From Polyangiaceae bacterium (GTDB taxonomy: Bacteria > Myxococcota_A > Polyangia > Polyangiales > Polyangiaceae), in contig CBDCTZ010000008.1 in assembly GCA_965222375.1 (NCBI GenBank), positions 288,001-352,000 of the forward strand: a DNA stretch of 64,000 nucleotides, written 5' to 3'. Numbering within the stretch: the stretch's first letter is position 1; every line of letters begins with the position of its first letter. The notes under the pieces were generated by a model. That model ran no database searches. It was not told the origin of the DNA and saw only the letters and a list, made by a program, of their open reading frames with translations. Shown piece by piece: positions 9,576 through 20,153 of the stretch. The position numbers were made by a program, and so were the translations under genes.

Positions 9576-10559
9576 ATGGCGCCTCTCGGCCGGCTCGCCG
9601 CCCTGCTGCCGCTCTTGGCACTCCCCCTGTCTTGCGTCCGGAGCACGCCACCATCGAGTGTCGGGGCGGCTTCTCGCGCTGGAATGGATGACCCCGAACC
9701 GGAAGCGAAAGCGGCCCAGCGGCCGCGCCTGCCGCATGATGTGGTCGCGCGAGCAGCCATGCCCTTCTACGGGCTTCGCTACGACGACGGAATGCATCTA
9801 TCCCCTCGGGGGCTGGCCGAAGAACTCGCCGATGCCAACGTGATCTGCATTGGGGAATCCCACGACAACCCACATCACCACTGGGCGCAGTTTGCACTGC
9901 TCGATCGACTGCTTCGCCTGGCTCGGCACGAGGGTCGGGAAGTCGCCGTCGGTTTCGAGATGTTCCAGACGCCTTTCCAACGCGCTCTGGATGATTGGAG
10001 CGAAGGCGAGACCGACGACGAAGAGCTCCTGGAGCAGAGCGAGTGGGACAAGCGTTGGGGCTTCGACTTCAACCTCTACCGGCCCTTGCTCGAGCGCAGC
10101 CGGCGGGAAGGCACACAGCTGCTCGCCCTCAATGCACCCCGAGAGCTCACCCAGAGGATCGCCCGCGAGGGATTGCGCGGCCTATCCAAAGAAGAGCGGA
10201 AGAAGCTCCCGGATTTGGATCTGCATGATCAAGGGCATCGCGAGTGGTTTCAGGCAGCAACCCGAGAGCATCCCGTGCCCCACTCCGGCTTCCGCCGGAT
10301 GTACGCGGCGCAGGTTACCTGGGACGAAACCATGGCCCAGGTCGGTTCCCGCTGGCTGGAAAAGCGCCTCCCTGCGCGACAGCTAGTCGTAATTGCCGGC
10401 GTCGGGCATTGCCAACGTAGCGCCATTCCGAATCGCATCGCCCGGCGCACTCGCGCACGGGTCGTGGCGGTCAAACCCGTGCTGCAGAAGGGATCCGAAG
10501 ATCCCTGCCCGGCCCTGGTCGGATTCGACTACGGCGTCATCTTGCAGGCCAATCCGTGA
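9576..10559 (+). CDS. ChaN-family lipoprotein (iron/heme-uptake associated)
   Basis: Lipobox LSC; IGESHDNPHHH, GFEMF, YRPL, AQVTWDETMA, AGVGH. Confidence 0.85.
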   Translation: MAPLGRLAALLPLLALPLSCVRSTPPSSVGAASRAGMDDPEPEAKAAQRPRLPHDVVARAAMPFYGLRYDDGMHLSPRGLAEELADANVICIGESHDNPHHHWAQFALLDRLLRLARHEGREVAVGFEMFQTPFQRALDDWSEGETDDEELLEQSEWDKRWGFDFNLYRPLLERSRREGTQLLALNAPRELTQRIAREGLRGLSKEERKKLPDLDLHDQGHREWFQAATREHPVPHSGFRRMYAAQVTWDETMAQVGSRWLEKRLPARQLVVIAGVGHCQRSAIPNRIARRTRARVVAVKPVLQKGSEDPCPALVGFDYGVILQANP

Positions 10560-11884
10560 CGGCGGTTCTCGCCGCTTTCGCCACCAGCACCACCGGGCTG
10601 GCCGATCGACTTCTATCCTTCGGTGGCCTGTTCGTGATGGTGCTCATCGCCTGGCTGCTGAGCGTCGATCGCAAGAATGTGCGCTGGCGCCCGGTGCTGT
10701 GGGGGATCGGGCTGCAACTCTTGCTCGGTCTATTGATTCTCAATCCGGCCTTGCAGGAAGTCTTTTTCAAGGTCGTCGACCGTGGAGTGCATCGCCTGCT
10801 GTCCTTCGCGGAAGCTGGCGCCGGCTTTGTTTTTCAGAGCGTGGAGGCTCACAAGATCCTGGATACAGACGGGAATCCAAAAACCGTGGTGGGGCGCATC
10901 TCGCCACCGGTGAAAACCTTCGCGTTCTGGATCCTGCCGTCGATCGTGTTTTTTTCGAGCTTGATGGCGATTCTGTACCACCTGGGGATCATGCAACGTG
11001 TGGTTTGGGCCATCGCCTGGGTCATGCAGCGCACCTTGGGCACTAGCGGCGCCGAGTCTCTGGCGGCGGCTGCAAACATCTTCGTCGGGCAAACCGAAGC
11101 GCCACTCATGGTGCGGCCTTACGTGGACAAGATGACCCGCTCGGAGCTGTCGGCGCTGATGACCGGTGGTTTCGCAACAGTAGCCGGCGGGGTGATGGCG
11201 GCGTACGTCAGTTTTCTCAAGGACATCCCGGGGATCGCCGGGCACTTGGTTACCGCCTCCCTGCTCAGCGCACCGGCTTCCCTGGCGATTAGCAAGCTGA
11301 TGTTCCCGGAAACCGAACAATCCGCGACCGCGGGCGGAGTCGAGCTGTCCACGGCGCGTGACACGCGCAACATGTTGGAGGCGGCAACCAACGGCGCAAC
11401 CGAGGGAGCCAAGCTTGCGATCAATGTCGCCGCAATGCTGATCGCCTTCGTAGGCCTGATCGCCGCGGTGGACTTCGTCCTCAGCTTCATTCCCGTTGCC
11501 GGCACTCCCCTGAGCCTGTCACGACTATTGGGCTGGGGGTTATCGCCGCTGGCGTTCGCGATGGGGGTTCCTTGGGCAGAAGCGCCCATCGTCGGTCAGT
11601 TGCTCGGCGAAAAGATCGTGCTGACCGAGTTCATCGCCTACATCCACCTGGGCGACATCATCAAAGGGGACGCAGCCGTCCTGAGCGAGCGTTCCACGAT
11701 CATCGCGAGCTACGCACTGTGCGGTTTCGCCAACTTCGCGTCCATAGGCATACAACTTGGAGGCATCGGCGGTATCGCACCGAAGCGCTTGCCGGATCTT
11801 GCCAGCATCTCGCTGCGCGCGATGATCGGCGGCTCTCTCGCCGCATTCATGACCGCAACCATCGCCGGCATCCTATTGAGCTAG
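10556..11884 (+). CDS. Concentrative nucleoside transporter (NupC/CNT family)
   Basis: GTSGAES, NIFVGQTEAP, GFATVAG, YALCGFANFASIGI. Confidence 0.93.
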   Translation: MTAVLAAFATSTTGLADRLLSFGGLFVMVLIAWLLSVDRKNVRWRPVLWGIGLQLLLGLLILNPALQEVFFKVVDRGVHRLLSFAEAGAGFVFQSVEAHKILDTDGNPKTVVGRISPPVKTFAFWILPSIVFFSSLMAILYHLGIMQRVVWAIAWVMQRTLGTSGAESLAAAANIFVGQTEAPLMVRPYVDKMTRSELSALMTGGFATVAGGVMAAYVSFLKDIPGIAGHLVTASLLSAPASLAISKLMFPETEQSATAGGVELSTARDTRNMLEAATNGATEGAKLAINVAAMLIAFVGLIAAVDFVLSFIPVAGTPLSLSRLLGWGLSPLAFAMGVPWAEAPIVGQLLGEKIVLTEFIAYIHLGDIIKGDAAVLSERSTIIASYALCGFANFASIGIQLGGIGGIAPKRLPDLASISLRAMIGGSLAAFMTATIAGILLS

Positions 11885-11986
11885 GCGCCAAGCCCACTTG
11901 CGGCCCCGGGTCCGAATCGCGGCGGGCGGTGGGTTACTCGACGCGACGAGCTGTTCGTGCTGCAATGAGCCTTCCCAGGAGGGACC

Positions 11987-13570
11987 ATGCGCACCTATTT
12001 GCCTGCTTTCGTAGCGATTTTCTTGGCGACCGCGAGCTGCTCTTCGGATGAATTCGAATCCGGGTCCAGTGGCGGCAGCAGCGGTGCTGCCGGCGCCAGC
12101 GGCAGCGCTGGGGCAGGAGGCGGCACGGGTGGACTACCGGCAAGCTGCACCGACAGCTCCGAGTGCGACGACAAGCTGGCCTGCAACGGCAAAGAAACCT
12201 GCGAAAAGGGCAAGTGCGTGGCCGGCACTGCGGTCAGCTGTCCCAACCCGGATCCGGCACACTGCGTGGGCGAGTGCACGGAGGCCGGGGGCGGCAACAC
12301 GACCTGCGTCGTCAAGGGTCTCGACGCCGACAAGGACACCTACCTCGATGCCGCCTGCACTGCGTCTAGCGTGACCGCAGATGATTGCGACGACAGCAAC
12401 AAGGACGTGCACCCCGGAGCGAAAGAAGAGTGCGACGGCGTGGACAACGACTGCAACGGCAAAGACGAGCTCGACGAGGGCGTCACACCCAAGGGCACCA
12501 CCGGCGATTTCATCGACAGTGGCAACGGCGACAACTACCCCGCCATCGCTTGGTCTCCGGTGAGCAAACACTACGGCGTGGTGTGGGTCGATTCGGCGAT
12601 CCGCTACGTGCGCATGAGCCCGGAGGGCAAGCTCGTCGGAAGCCCGGTGGAGGTCGCGCCCACTTTCGCCCGCCCACGCATCGCGTGGAGCGGCGCCCAC
12701 TTCGGCGTGGTCTGGACGCTCGCCAACAAGGTCTACTTCCGCCGCGTAGCACCCGAGGGCACCTTCCCGGAGGCAGCCCAGGTCATCAGCGGCAGCGGGG
12801 CCAAGCCCGGCGACCCCGACATTGCGGCGGCCAAGAGCGGATGGGTAGCCGTGTGGTCCGACTTGCGAGACAGTACATTTGGCACGCTGTACGCCCGCGC
12901 CGTTGGCACCAATGGCACAACCCTAGGCGGGACGGACACTCAGGTTGGTGCGCTCGCTGGTAGCAACAAGTGGCCCGCGATCGCGGCCAACGGCAACGGC
13001 TTCTTCGTGGCCCAGGAACGGGGCGCCAGCTCCGAACCGAATCTGATCCAGGTGTTCGATCTGAGCGCGGCGCTCGCCGTGTCTGGCGAGAAGGCCGTCT
13101 CGGCCAACCCGCCCCCCGCCGGGCCCCTCCCCAACCGCCCCGTCGTTGCGGCCACCGACACGGGTTGGGCCGTGGCCTGGGCGGAGGAGCAGAGCCCTGC
13201 GGACAAGATCCGCTACTACGAGCAGAAGGCGAACGGTGCACCAGGCTGCGCTCCCGTCGCTGTTGCCGCTCCCCCCACTGCCATCGCCGGCGCTATCGCG
13301 GTACGCGGCCGCTCACGAGTGGTCGTCTATGGTCAAGACTCGGCCACCACAGCCCTCGTGCAACTCACGCGCTTCAAAGAGGGCTGCGCCTCACCGAGCA
13401 CCCACAAGGTCTCCGACGTGGACCTACCGGATTGGATCGGCTTCGGCACACCCGCTGCCGCCTGGAGCGACAGGAGTCTCGTCATCCTCTGGCCCGACCA
13501 ATCCACCGGCGTAGCCAAGGTGCGGCGCTGGGTCAGCGGCCCGAATCTATGCGATGCGCCTGTGCCCTGA
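11987..13570 (+). CDS. Cys-rich lipoprotein with a MopE-like putative metal-binding motif and a beta-rich C-terminal region
   Basis: Lipobox ASC, Gly linker, DCDDSNKDVHPGAKEECDGVDNDCNG motif, repeated P-x-IAW...VVW blades. Confidence 0.75.
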   Translation: MRTYLPAFVAIFLATASCSSDEFESGSSGGSSGAAGASGSAGAGGGTGGLPASCTDSSECDDKLACNGKETCEKGKCVAGTAVSCPNPDPAHCVGECTEAGGGNTTCVVKGLDADKDTYLDAACTASSVTADDCDDSNKDVHPGAKEECDGVDNDCNGKDELDEGVTPKGTTGDFIDSGNGDNYPAIAWSPVSKHYGVVWVDSAIRYVRMSPEGKLVGSPVEVAPTFARPRIAWSGAHFGVVWTLANKVYFRRVAPEGTFPEAAQVISGSGAKPGDPDIAAAKSGWVAVWSDLRDSTFGTLYARAVGTNGTTLGGTDTQVGALAGSNKWPAIAANGNGFFVAQERGASSEPNLIQVFDLSAALAVSGEKAVSANPPPAGPLPNRPVVAATDTGWAVAWAEEQSPADKIRYYEQKANGAPGCAPVAVAAPPTAIAGAIAVRGRSRVVVYGQDSATTALVQLTRFKEGCASPSTHKVSDVDLPDWIGFGTPAAAWSDRSLVILWPDQSTGVAKVRRWVSGPNLCDAPVP

Positions 13571-13818
13571 CCCACTGACATCGGCAGGGACATCCTTCGG
13601 CCCGATGCGGCCGGTTTCGCCGCGGCCTTCAGCGTTGCAGGCGGGACTCTGAAGACGACTTGGCGCCGGAGCGCAGATGACTGCGGCAAGCGCTCCACGT
13701 GCCAGCGCACGAGAGTAGTGTTCAACGGCCGCCCCATCGCCACGACCCCCAAACCCCCACCGAATCTCCGAACCACCGGCGGTTGGCGCACCGAACGATT
13801 CGCGCTACGCCGCGGTGC

Positions 13819-15237
13819 ATGAAGCGATTCGAAAAGCACTACATCGGCGGAGCCTGGTCGCCGTCGTCTGGCGCGGGACACTTCGACGTCATCGACGCCT
13901 CCACGGAAGAAGTCATGGGACAGGTGCCCGCGGGAAGTGCCGCAGACGCCGAGCGCGCGGTGGAGAGTGCCGCGGCAGCGTTCGAGAGTTGGAGCGAAAC
14001 AGCACTGGAAGCCCGCGTCGACTACATCGAGAAGATAGCCGCGGGCTTGGAGGCTCGCGCGCAGGAGATCGCCGAAACCGTCGCTAGTGAAGTCGGCATG
14101 CCGATCAAGCTGGCCATGCCGATTCAAGCGATGTTGCCGGTCATGGTGCTGCGCAGCTTTGGCGAACTCGCCAAGTCCACGCCTAGGGAAGAAAGCGTGG
14201 GCACATCCCTCGTTGTGCGCGAACCCGTTGGCGTGGTGGGCGCGATCACGCCCTGGAACTACCCTTTGCATCAGGTCATCGGCAAGCTGGCGCCAGCCCT
14301 GGCTACGGGCTGCACCTTCGTGCTCAAACCGAGCGAGGTCGCGCCCCTGTCCGCCTTCATGCTGGCCGAAGTGGTCCACGCCGCGGAGCTGCCCGCGGGC
14401 GTGTTCAACTTGGTTTCCGGTGATGGACCGACGGTTGGCGAAGTCTTGGCCTCGCATCCCAAGGTGGACATGGTGAGCTTCACGGGCAGCACGCGAGCAG
14501 GGCGTCGCGTGGCCGAACTCGCCGCCGGGACCATCAAGCGCGTCGCCCTCGAGCTCGGGGGCAAGAGCGCCAACGTCATCTTGGACGACGCGGACTTCGA
14601 GCGGGCGGTGAAGACCGGCGTCAACAACTGCACCTTGAACTCGGGGCAAACCTGCTCGGCCTGGACCCGCATGCTGGTTCCGAGAGCGCGTTTGGAAGAA
14701 GCGGAGGCCGTTGCCAAAGCCGCCGCAGAAAAACTGAGCCTCGGGCCAGCGCTATCTGGAAGTGGACGCCTGGGTCCACTGGTCAGCGCCACGCAACGGG
14801 ACCGCGTGCGCGAATACATCAAGAAGGGCATTGCCGAGGGCGCCAAGCTGGTGGCCGGTGGCGCCGAGCCCCCTGACGGCCTCGACAAGGGCTTCTTCGT
14901 GCGACCGACCGTGCTCTCGGATGTGAGCAACAGCATGACGGTCGCCCAGGACGAGATCTTCGGACCTGTGCTGTGCATCATCCCCTATGACGACGAGGAC
15001 GACGCGGTACGCATCGCCAATGACAGCCCCTATGGCTTGGCCGGCGGCGTTTGGTCGAAGGACGAAGAGCGCGCCAAGCGGGTTGCGCGCAGACTGCGCA
15101 CGGGGCAGGTCGACATCAACGGCGGCGGCTTCAACCCCCTGGCCCCCTTCGGCGGCTACAAGCAGTCCGGCCTGGGCCGGGAGTTCGGCAAGTTCGGCCT
15201 CGACGAGTTCCTGGAGATCAAGTCGCTGCAGCTCTGA
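13819..15237 (+). CDS. Aldehyde dehydrogenase
   Basis: [42 protein letters not shown]. Confidence 0.95.
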   Translation: MKRFEKHYIGGAWSPSSGAGHFDVIDASTEEVMGQVPAGSAADAERAVESAAAAFESWSETALEARVDYIEKIAAGLEARAQEIAETVASEVGMPIKLAMPIQAMLPVMVLRSFGELAKSTPREESVGTSLVVREPVGVVGAITPWNYPLHQVIGKLAPALATGCTFVLKPSEVAPLSAFMLAEVVHAAELPAGVFNLVSGDGPTVGEVLASHPKVDMVSFTGSTRAGRRVAELAAGTIKRVALELGGKSANVILDDADFERAVKTGVNNCTLNSGQTCSAWTRMLVPRARLEEAEAVAKAAAEKLSLGPALSGSGRLGPLVSATQRDRVREYIKKGIAEGAKLVAGGAEPPDGLDKGFFVRPTVLSDVSNSMTVAQDEIFGPVLCIIPYDDEDDAVRIANDSPYGLAGGVWSKDEERAKRVARRLRTGQVDINGGGFNPLAPFGGYKQSGLGREFGKFGLDEFLEIKSLQL

Positions 15238-15254
15238 CTACTTCCCAGGTCACC

Positions 15255-15406
15255 CTTCCGGAAAGCTCGAGTCAGATGCGCCTGTTTCGCGAGCACCGGG
15301 TCCGCGAGGTGCCGAGGCGGCGCAGGTCACCGGACCGGAGCGTACTTGGATACGTGAGGACCGAAAGCGGAGCGACAACCATGCAGATGGCCGAGATCTC
15401 CGGGAG
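15255..15406. repeat. About 150-bp intergenic element with imperfect terminal inverted repeats (MITE-like)
   Basis: Arms 15255-15269 and 15392-15406 match at 12/15; central CGTA-N6-TACG hairpin at 15341-15354. Confidence 0.4.
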
Positions 15407-15427
15407 ACGCCACCGGACGGCTCTACC

Positions 15428-15715
15428 TCAAAGCGAGAAGCGGGGGGCGGAGATGCGCTCGCTCTTGCACTTGGGGCAGCGGCTGGGCCGAGAGGTGCGG
15501 CTGCGCTTCTCGAAGGAAAAGTCGCAGCCATGGCAGCGAGCTGGATCGACTCTGAGCTTGTCCCGACCTCGGGCCAAGTGCTCGAGATGGGCGACGACTT
15601 CGCGTTCCGGGATCCCAACCAGGCCAGAGATTTCCCGGGCGTCCAAGCTGGTACCGGAAATCACGTCCCGAATCGATTCACGCACGGTCTGGGAGCGCTC
15701 GGGAGGCTGGGTCAC
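15428..15715 (-). CDS. Small HTH plus Zn-ribbon protein (COG3357-like regulator)
   Basis: HTH-like LDAREISGLVGIPEREVVAHLEHL, then CHGC...CPKC. The GTG start overlaps the upstream stop (GTGA). Confidence 0.8.
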   Translation of the reverse strand: MTQPPERSQTVRESIRDVISGTSLDAREISGLVGIPEREVVAHLEHLARGRDKLRVDPARCHGCDFSFEKRSRTSRPSRCPKCKSERISAPRFSL

Positions 15716-16575
15716 GCGCTCTCTTCCACGATGTGCAGCTTCTTCTTGTGGGTGCTGCCCGTCAGCACTTGCATGCGCCAGTCCACGCCGATGATGTCGC
15801 CCTCTTCCAGCGGCAGCCAGATGTTCTCCCCCTGCAGGGGCTCGCTCGACAGGATCAGGTGGTTCACGAAGCCCGTCTTGCTCGGCGCCTCGCACTCCGG
15901 TGACAGGCTTGGGCAGGCGTCCCGGTCGGCGCAGCGGGTCTTGTAGCTCGACCAAAACAGCTCTTTGCCGCCCTGCACCGCCGCCAGGGTGTCGCCATCG
16001 GTGGCAATCATGGTGAGCAGACTGCGCTTTTCGTCGCCGTCCGTGTCACAGACTCCCCGCACCTTTTTGACCGTCGTGGAAAGCGCCGTTTCAACATCTT
16101 CGATGTTGTGCCGGCGAGACAAAGAACCAAAGCCCGAAAGCTGACTCAAGAAGATGAAAAAGATGACTTCGCTATCTGTGTCGCCCAGAACGAATCGCCG
16201 CAGACGCGGCGCAACCTCGGCAATCAGCGCTTCGCGCTTGGCCTCGAACTCCGGGACGTCGCCGTTGTGAGCGAAGATCCAACGACCGTATTGAAATGGG
16301 TGGCAGTTCAGTACGGTCTTGTTCCCCTGGGTCGCCTTGCGCACGTGGGCCAGCACGGTCTCCGAGCTGACCACGCCGCTGAGACGGTGGAATAGTTGAT
16401 CCCCGAGGGCAAACTCCGGACTGCGGGTGATGTGAGGAGCGCCGTCGACGTAAAAGGCGACGCCCCAACCATCTGGGTGCTCGTTGCTTTGCACACCGAG
16501 GGCGTTGTCCGCAGCCAACAGGGAGCGGTGCACCTGGCTGGGAATGACGCTTCGAAAACCGAACAGGCGGCACAT
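15712..16575 (-). CDS. Class II glutamine amidotransferase (YafJ/EgtC-like Ntn hydrolase)
   Basis: Starts MCRLFG (N-terminal Cys); HPDGWG, AHVRKAT, NCHPF, FAHNG, GDTDSE, SEPL. Confidence 0.92.
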   Translation of the reverse strand: MCRLFGFRSVIPSQVHRSLLAADNALGVQSNEHPDGWGVAFYVDGAPHITRSPEFALGDQLFHRLSGVVSSETVLAHVRKATQGNKTVLNCHPFQYGRWIFAHNGDVPEFEAKREALIAEVAPRLRRFVLGDTDSEVIFFIFLSQLSGFGSLSRRHNIEDVETALSTTVKKVRGVCDTDGDEKRSLLTMIATDGDTLAAVQGGKELFWSSYKTRCADRDACPSLSPECEAPSKTGFVNHLILSSEPLQGENIWLPLEEGDIIGVDWRMQVLTGSTHKKKLHIVEESA

Positions 16576-16664
16576 TGCGCTCTCAGCATGCCACAACCCA
16601 AACTCGCACGCGAAAATTGGCCGCTTGCGGCGGCTGATGGCGGGCACCATCCTGAGCCGAAGGG

Positions 16665-17513
16665 ATGCAGGCAGAGCTCGAAGGCAAAACGACTCTAGTC
16701 ACCGGGGCCAATACGGGTATCGGAAAGGAGATCGCTCGGGGGCTCGCAACCTCGGGAGCCAAGGTGATCCTCGCCTGTCGCAGCCGACAGCGAGGCCAGG
16801 CCGCCTTGGACGAACTGCGCCAAGACACGGGAAGCGACGAACTCGAGCTTCAGCTCGTGGACCTCGATAGCCAGGCATCGATCCGAGCCATGGCCTCGCG
16901 CGTACTGGATCGAGATGAGGCCTTGCACGTCTTGGTCAACAACGCGGGGATCTATCCAGAAGCCCGCGCGCTGTCCCCAGACGGAATCGAGCGTACCTGG
17001 GCGACCAACGTGATCGCGTACCACCTACTCTGTCAGCTCCTCCTGCCGAGGCTCATCTCGTCAGCGCCATCCCGCATCGTCAATGTCGCATCCACCGCCG
17101 CAGGCGGTCTGGACATGAACGATCTCCAATTCGAAACTCGCCGCTTCGGTGGCATCGCCGCCTACAAACAAAGCAAGCAGGCCAACCGCATGTTGTCCTG
17201 GGCGCTGCACCGCCGGGTGGTCAGCCAAGGCGTCAGCGTCAACGTCGCTCACCCTGGCCCCGTCGCGACGGAACTGGCGCGCACTCAGCAAGGACTCTGG
17301 GGCGTGCTCAATCGCGTCGCCTTCCGCGTGTTCGGCCGCTCGCCCACCGCGGGCGCCGACACGGCGTTGTGGCTCGCCACGAGCCCGGAGCTGGAGGGCA
17401 AGAGCGGGCTGTTCTGGGCCAAGCGCCGACAGCGCCGCTGTGAGTTCGCCAACGAAGAGCAGGAAGAAGCCCTCTGGGACATCGTGGAAAGCCAGATCCT
17501 CCCCACGGCGTAA
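16665..17513 (+). CDS. Short-chain dehydrogenase/reductase (retinol dehydrogenase-like)
   Basis: TGANTGIG, NNAG, VNVAS, YKQSK, HPG. Confidence 0.92.
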   Translation: MQAELEGKTTLVTGANTGIGKEIARGLATSGAKVILACRSRQRGQAALDELRQDTGSDELELQLVDLDSQASIRAMASRVLDRDEALHVLVNNAGIYPEARALSPDGIERTWATNVIAYHLLCQLLLPRLISSAPSRIVNVASTAAGGLDMNDLQFETRRFGGIAAYKQSKQANRMLSWALHRRVVSQGVSVNVAHPGPVATELARTQQGLWGVLNRVAFRVFGRSPTAGADTALWLATSPELEGKSGLFWAKRRQRRCEFANEEQEEALWDIVESQILPTA

Positions 17514-17549
17514 CCAGCCTCAGACAACCTCCGTAAGCCGTCGTGAAGC

Positions 17550-18254
17550 ATGGATAAGCACCCGGAATTGATCAAAATGCTGGAACGTCGCCGCTTCATC
17601 CAACTGGCGTCGGCGGGCACCTTCATCACTGCCTTCGGCGGAATCGGCCTCATCTCCGACGAGCTGACCCGCGTGGCTCAGGCAGCGCGCCGCAAAGATG
17701 GGCGACCGCGCCTGCCGCCGGGCCAGAAGGTGATCCAGCGGATCAAACCCATGGGTGGCGACCAGGGCAATCCGAGCCCCGGTGCCTTTCGTCTGAAAGT
17801 GCACGGCCACGTCGAAGAGCCCTTCACCATCAACTTCGCCCAGCTGCTCAAGATGAAGAACGTGACCATGGAGCTGGACGTGCATTGCGTCACGGCCTGG
17901 TCTCTGTTGGGTGCGAAGTTCACCGGGGTGCGGATCCGCGACATGCTTGCACGAGCCAAACCGAGGCGCGGCGCACGCTACGTGATCTTCGAGGCTGCAC
18001 ACGGCTACACGGCCAACGTGCCACTGCGCGCAGCGAAGAAGGGCAATACCCTGATCGCACATCGCCTCGATGGTCGCCCTTTGCGTCGGCCTCACGGCGC
18101 TCCAGTTCGGGCCGTGATTCCAGATCTCTACTTCTGGAAGAGCGCCAAGTGGCTCACGGGCATCAAAGTGGTTACCCGCGACGAGCCCGGCTATTGGGAG
18201 ACCCGTGGCTATCACAACCGCGCAGACCCCTGGAAAGAGCAACGGCACAGCTGA
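17550..18254 (+). CDS. Molybdopterin-dependent oxidoreductase (sulfite oxidase/MsrP-like) with a Tat-like signal
   Basis: RRRFIQ plus hydrophobic segment; LPPGQ, DVHCVTAWS, HGAPVR, WKSAKWL, GYWE. Confidence 0.85.
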   Translation: MDKHPELIKMLERRRFIQLASAGTFITAFGGIGLISDELTRVAQAARRKDGRPRLPPGQKVIQRIKPMGGDQGNPSPGAFRLKVHGHVEEPFTINFAQLLKMKNVTMELDVHCVTAWSLLGAKFTGVRIRDMLARAKPRRGARYVIFEAAHGYTANVPLRAAKKGNTLIAHRLDGRPLRRPHGAPVRAVIPDLYFWKSAKWLTGIKVVTRDEPGYWETRGYHNRADPWKEQRHS

Positions 18255-18258
18255 GGCC

Positions 18259-18888
18259 ATGAGCGAAAGTTCCGAGCCGTCCTCCCCTGCCCCCGACGTC
18301 GCCGACGAACCCACCAAGTCTCGCGCCTCGCGACGCAAGTGGCGGCCTTGGCTCAGAGCCATGCATCGAGACGCCGGCTACTTCGTGGTCGGGCTGACGA
18401 TCATCTACGCCGTATCGGGTTTGGCCGTGAATCACATCGCTAGCTGGGACCCGAGCTTCGAAAACTACGAGCGCACGCATCAGATGTCTGTGCCCCTCGA
18501 GGGCGAAGACGACGCCATCGCCAAGCAGGTTACCGCCCATCTGAAGATCGACGAAAAGCCCACAGAAGTGTATCGCGTCGATGACGCCGAGCTCGAAATC
18601 CTATTCGACAAGCGCACCCTGCACGTCAACACGCAGACGGGGAAGATCCTCGACGACGGCCAGGAGCCACGCTTCTTCTTGCGGCTCGCCAATTGGCTCC
18701 ACCTCAACCGCGGCAAGAAGGCGTGGACGATCGTGGCCGACGGCTACGCGATCTTGCTCTTGGGGCTCGCCCTATCCGGCCTATTCATGATTCCTGGACG
18801 CAAGGGTCTGCGCGGCCGCGGGGCCATCATCGCGGGCATTGGTGCCGCGATCCCCGTGCTCTACGTCGTGCTCAGCGGCGGCCCCTGA
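18259..18888 (+). CDS. PepSY-associated TM-helix protein
   Basis: HRDAGY...SGLAVNH, NWLH, SGL; three TM helices. Confidence 0.8.
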   Translation: MSESSEPSSPAPDVADEPTKSRASRRKWRPWLRAMHRDAGYFVVGLTIIYAVSGLAVNHIASWDPSFENYERTHQMSVPLEGEDDAIAKQVTAHLKIDEKPTEVYRVDDAELEILFDKRTLHVNTQTGKILDDGQEPRFFLRLANWLHLNRGKKAWTIVADGYAILLLGLALSGLFMIPGRKGLRGRGAIIAGIGAAIPVLYVVLSGGP

Positions 18889-18908
18889 GTGGATCCCCAG
18901 CCCCGCCC

Positions 18909-20123
18909 TCAGGCGGTTAGTGCGCGGGCGATTTGTGAGATCTGGATCTCGTCCGTCCCGCCGTAGATCTGCAGCACCTTGGCGTCCCGGGCGAGCTGCT
19001 CCACCCGATACTCGGCCATGTAGCCGTTGCCCCCGAATAGCTGCACTGCTTCCAGCGCCACCTCCATGGCCGCTTGAGCACAATACAACTTGCCAGCGCT
19101 GGCCTCGGCCAAGCTCATCGCCTTGCCCGCCGAGGCCAATTCGATGATCCGAAACGCCAGGTTCTGAATGTTCATCCGCGCCACTTCCATCTTCGCGAGC
19201 TTGAGCTGAATCAGCTGAAACTCTCCGATGGGACGCCCGAACTGCACCCGCGTTTTGGCGTATTCGACCGAAACCCTGAGGCATTCTTCCACGATGCCCA
19301 GCGCCATCCCGACGACGCCGGTTCGCTCGGCCTTGAAGGTGTCTTTGGCGCCGGTGCGGTAGCTGCGCTCTTCGCTTTCTCCCAATAGTCGATCCCGCCC
19401 CACCTTCACGTCACTCAGAAACAGCTCACCCGTCGGCGAGGCGTGCATGCCCATCTTGCGCAGTGGCTTGCTCTGCTCGAAGCCCGGCATGCCACGCTCG
19501 AGCACGAATGACAGCACCTTTCGATCTTTGGGGTCGTTGCCTTCGTCGAGTTTGCAGATGAAGACGGTCGTGTCCGCGTAGGGGCCATTGGTGATGAAAG
19601 TCTTGTTGCCATTGAGCACGTAGCCGTCCCCGTCCCGCCGCGCACTCGCCTTCATGCTTCCGAACGCATCCGAGCCAGAGCCAGGTTCCGTGATGGCCCA
19701 AGCGCCGATCTTGTCGAGGGTCAGAAGATCCTTGGCCCAGCGCTCTTTCTGAGCGCGGGTGCCCTTGCTCATGATGGTGCCGGCGGTCAGCCCCGCGCTC
19801 ACGCCCAGGGCGGTGACCATGCCTGGGCTCACTCGGGAGAGCTCGATGATGGGGATCATTTGCATGGCCAGCATGTCGCCGGAGCTCTTGGGGGCCTGTT
19901 TGTCCTTCTCGGGCGAGTCGGATTTCTCGGCACGCTCCAGATCCTTCGCGAACCGCATCTCGGCCATGTCGCGCAAGCCAAAGGTGGCAAACATCTTCCG
20001 CAGCACGTCGTAGGGAGGCAGATCTCCGTGCTCGAGATCGTCTCGCTTGGGGAGTAACTCCTGTTCGATGAAGCGCCGGAACGCCGTTCGGATTGCCTGA
20101 TGCTGCTCGCCCCACTCGATCAT
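18909..20123 (-). CDS. Acyl-CoA dehydrogenase
   Basis: ITEPGSGSDA, NGNKTFITNG, RVQFGRPI, GGNGY, IYGGTDEIQ. Confidence 0.95.
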   Translation of the reverse strand: MIEWGEQHQAIRTAFRRFIEQELLPKRDDLEHGDLPPYDVLRKMFATFGLRDMAEMRFAKDLERAEKSDSPEKDKQAPKSSGDMLAMQMIPIIELSRVSPGMVTALGVSAGLTAGTIMSKGTRAQKERWAKDLLTLDKIGAWAITEPGSGSDAFGSMKASARRDGDGYVLNGNKTFITNGPYADTTVFICKLDEGNDPKDRKVLSFVLERGMPGFEQSKPLRKMGMHASPTGELFLSDVKVGRDRLLGESEERSYRTGAKDTFKAERTGVVGMALGIVEECLRVSVEYAKTRVQFGRPIGEFQLIQLKLAKMEVARMNIQNLAFRIIELASAGKAMSLAEASAGKLYCAQAAMEVALEAVQLFGGNGYMAEYRVEQLARDAKVLQIYGGTDEIQISQIARALTA

Positions 20124-20153
20124 TTTGGTCTCCTCGGCCCTTCGGCGCGCCTG

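Noticed and set aside
13333..14649. 438-aa minus-strand ORF and other long antisense ORFs (e.g. 47338-48639, 50464-51960, 19426-20694)
   Set aside because: They are shadow frames overlapping well-supported genes, expected at high GC, with no family motifs.
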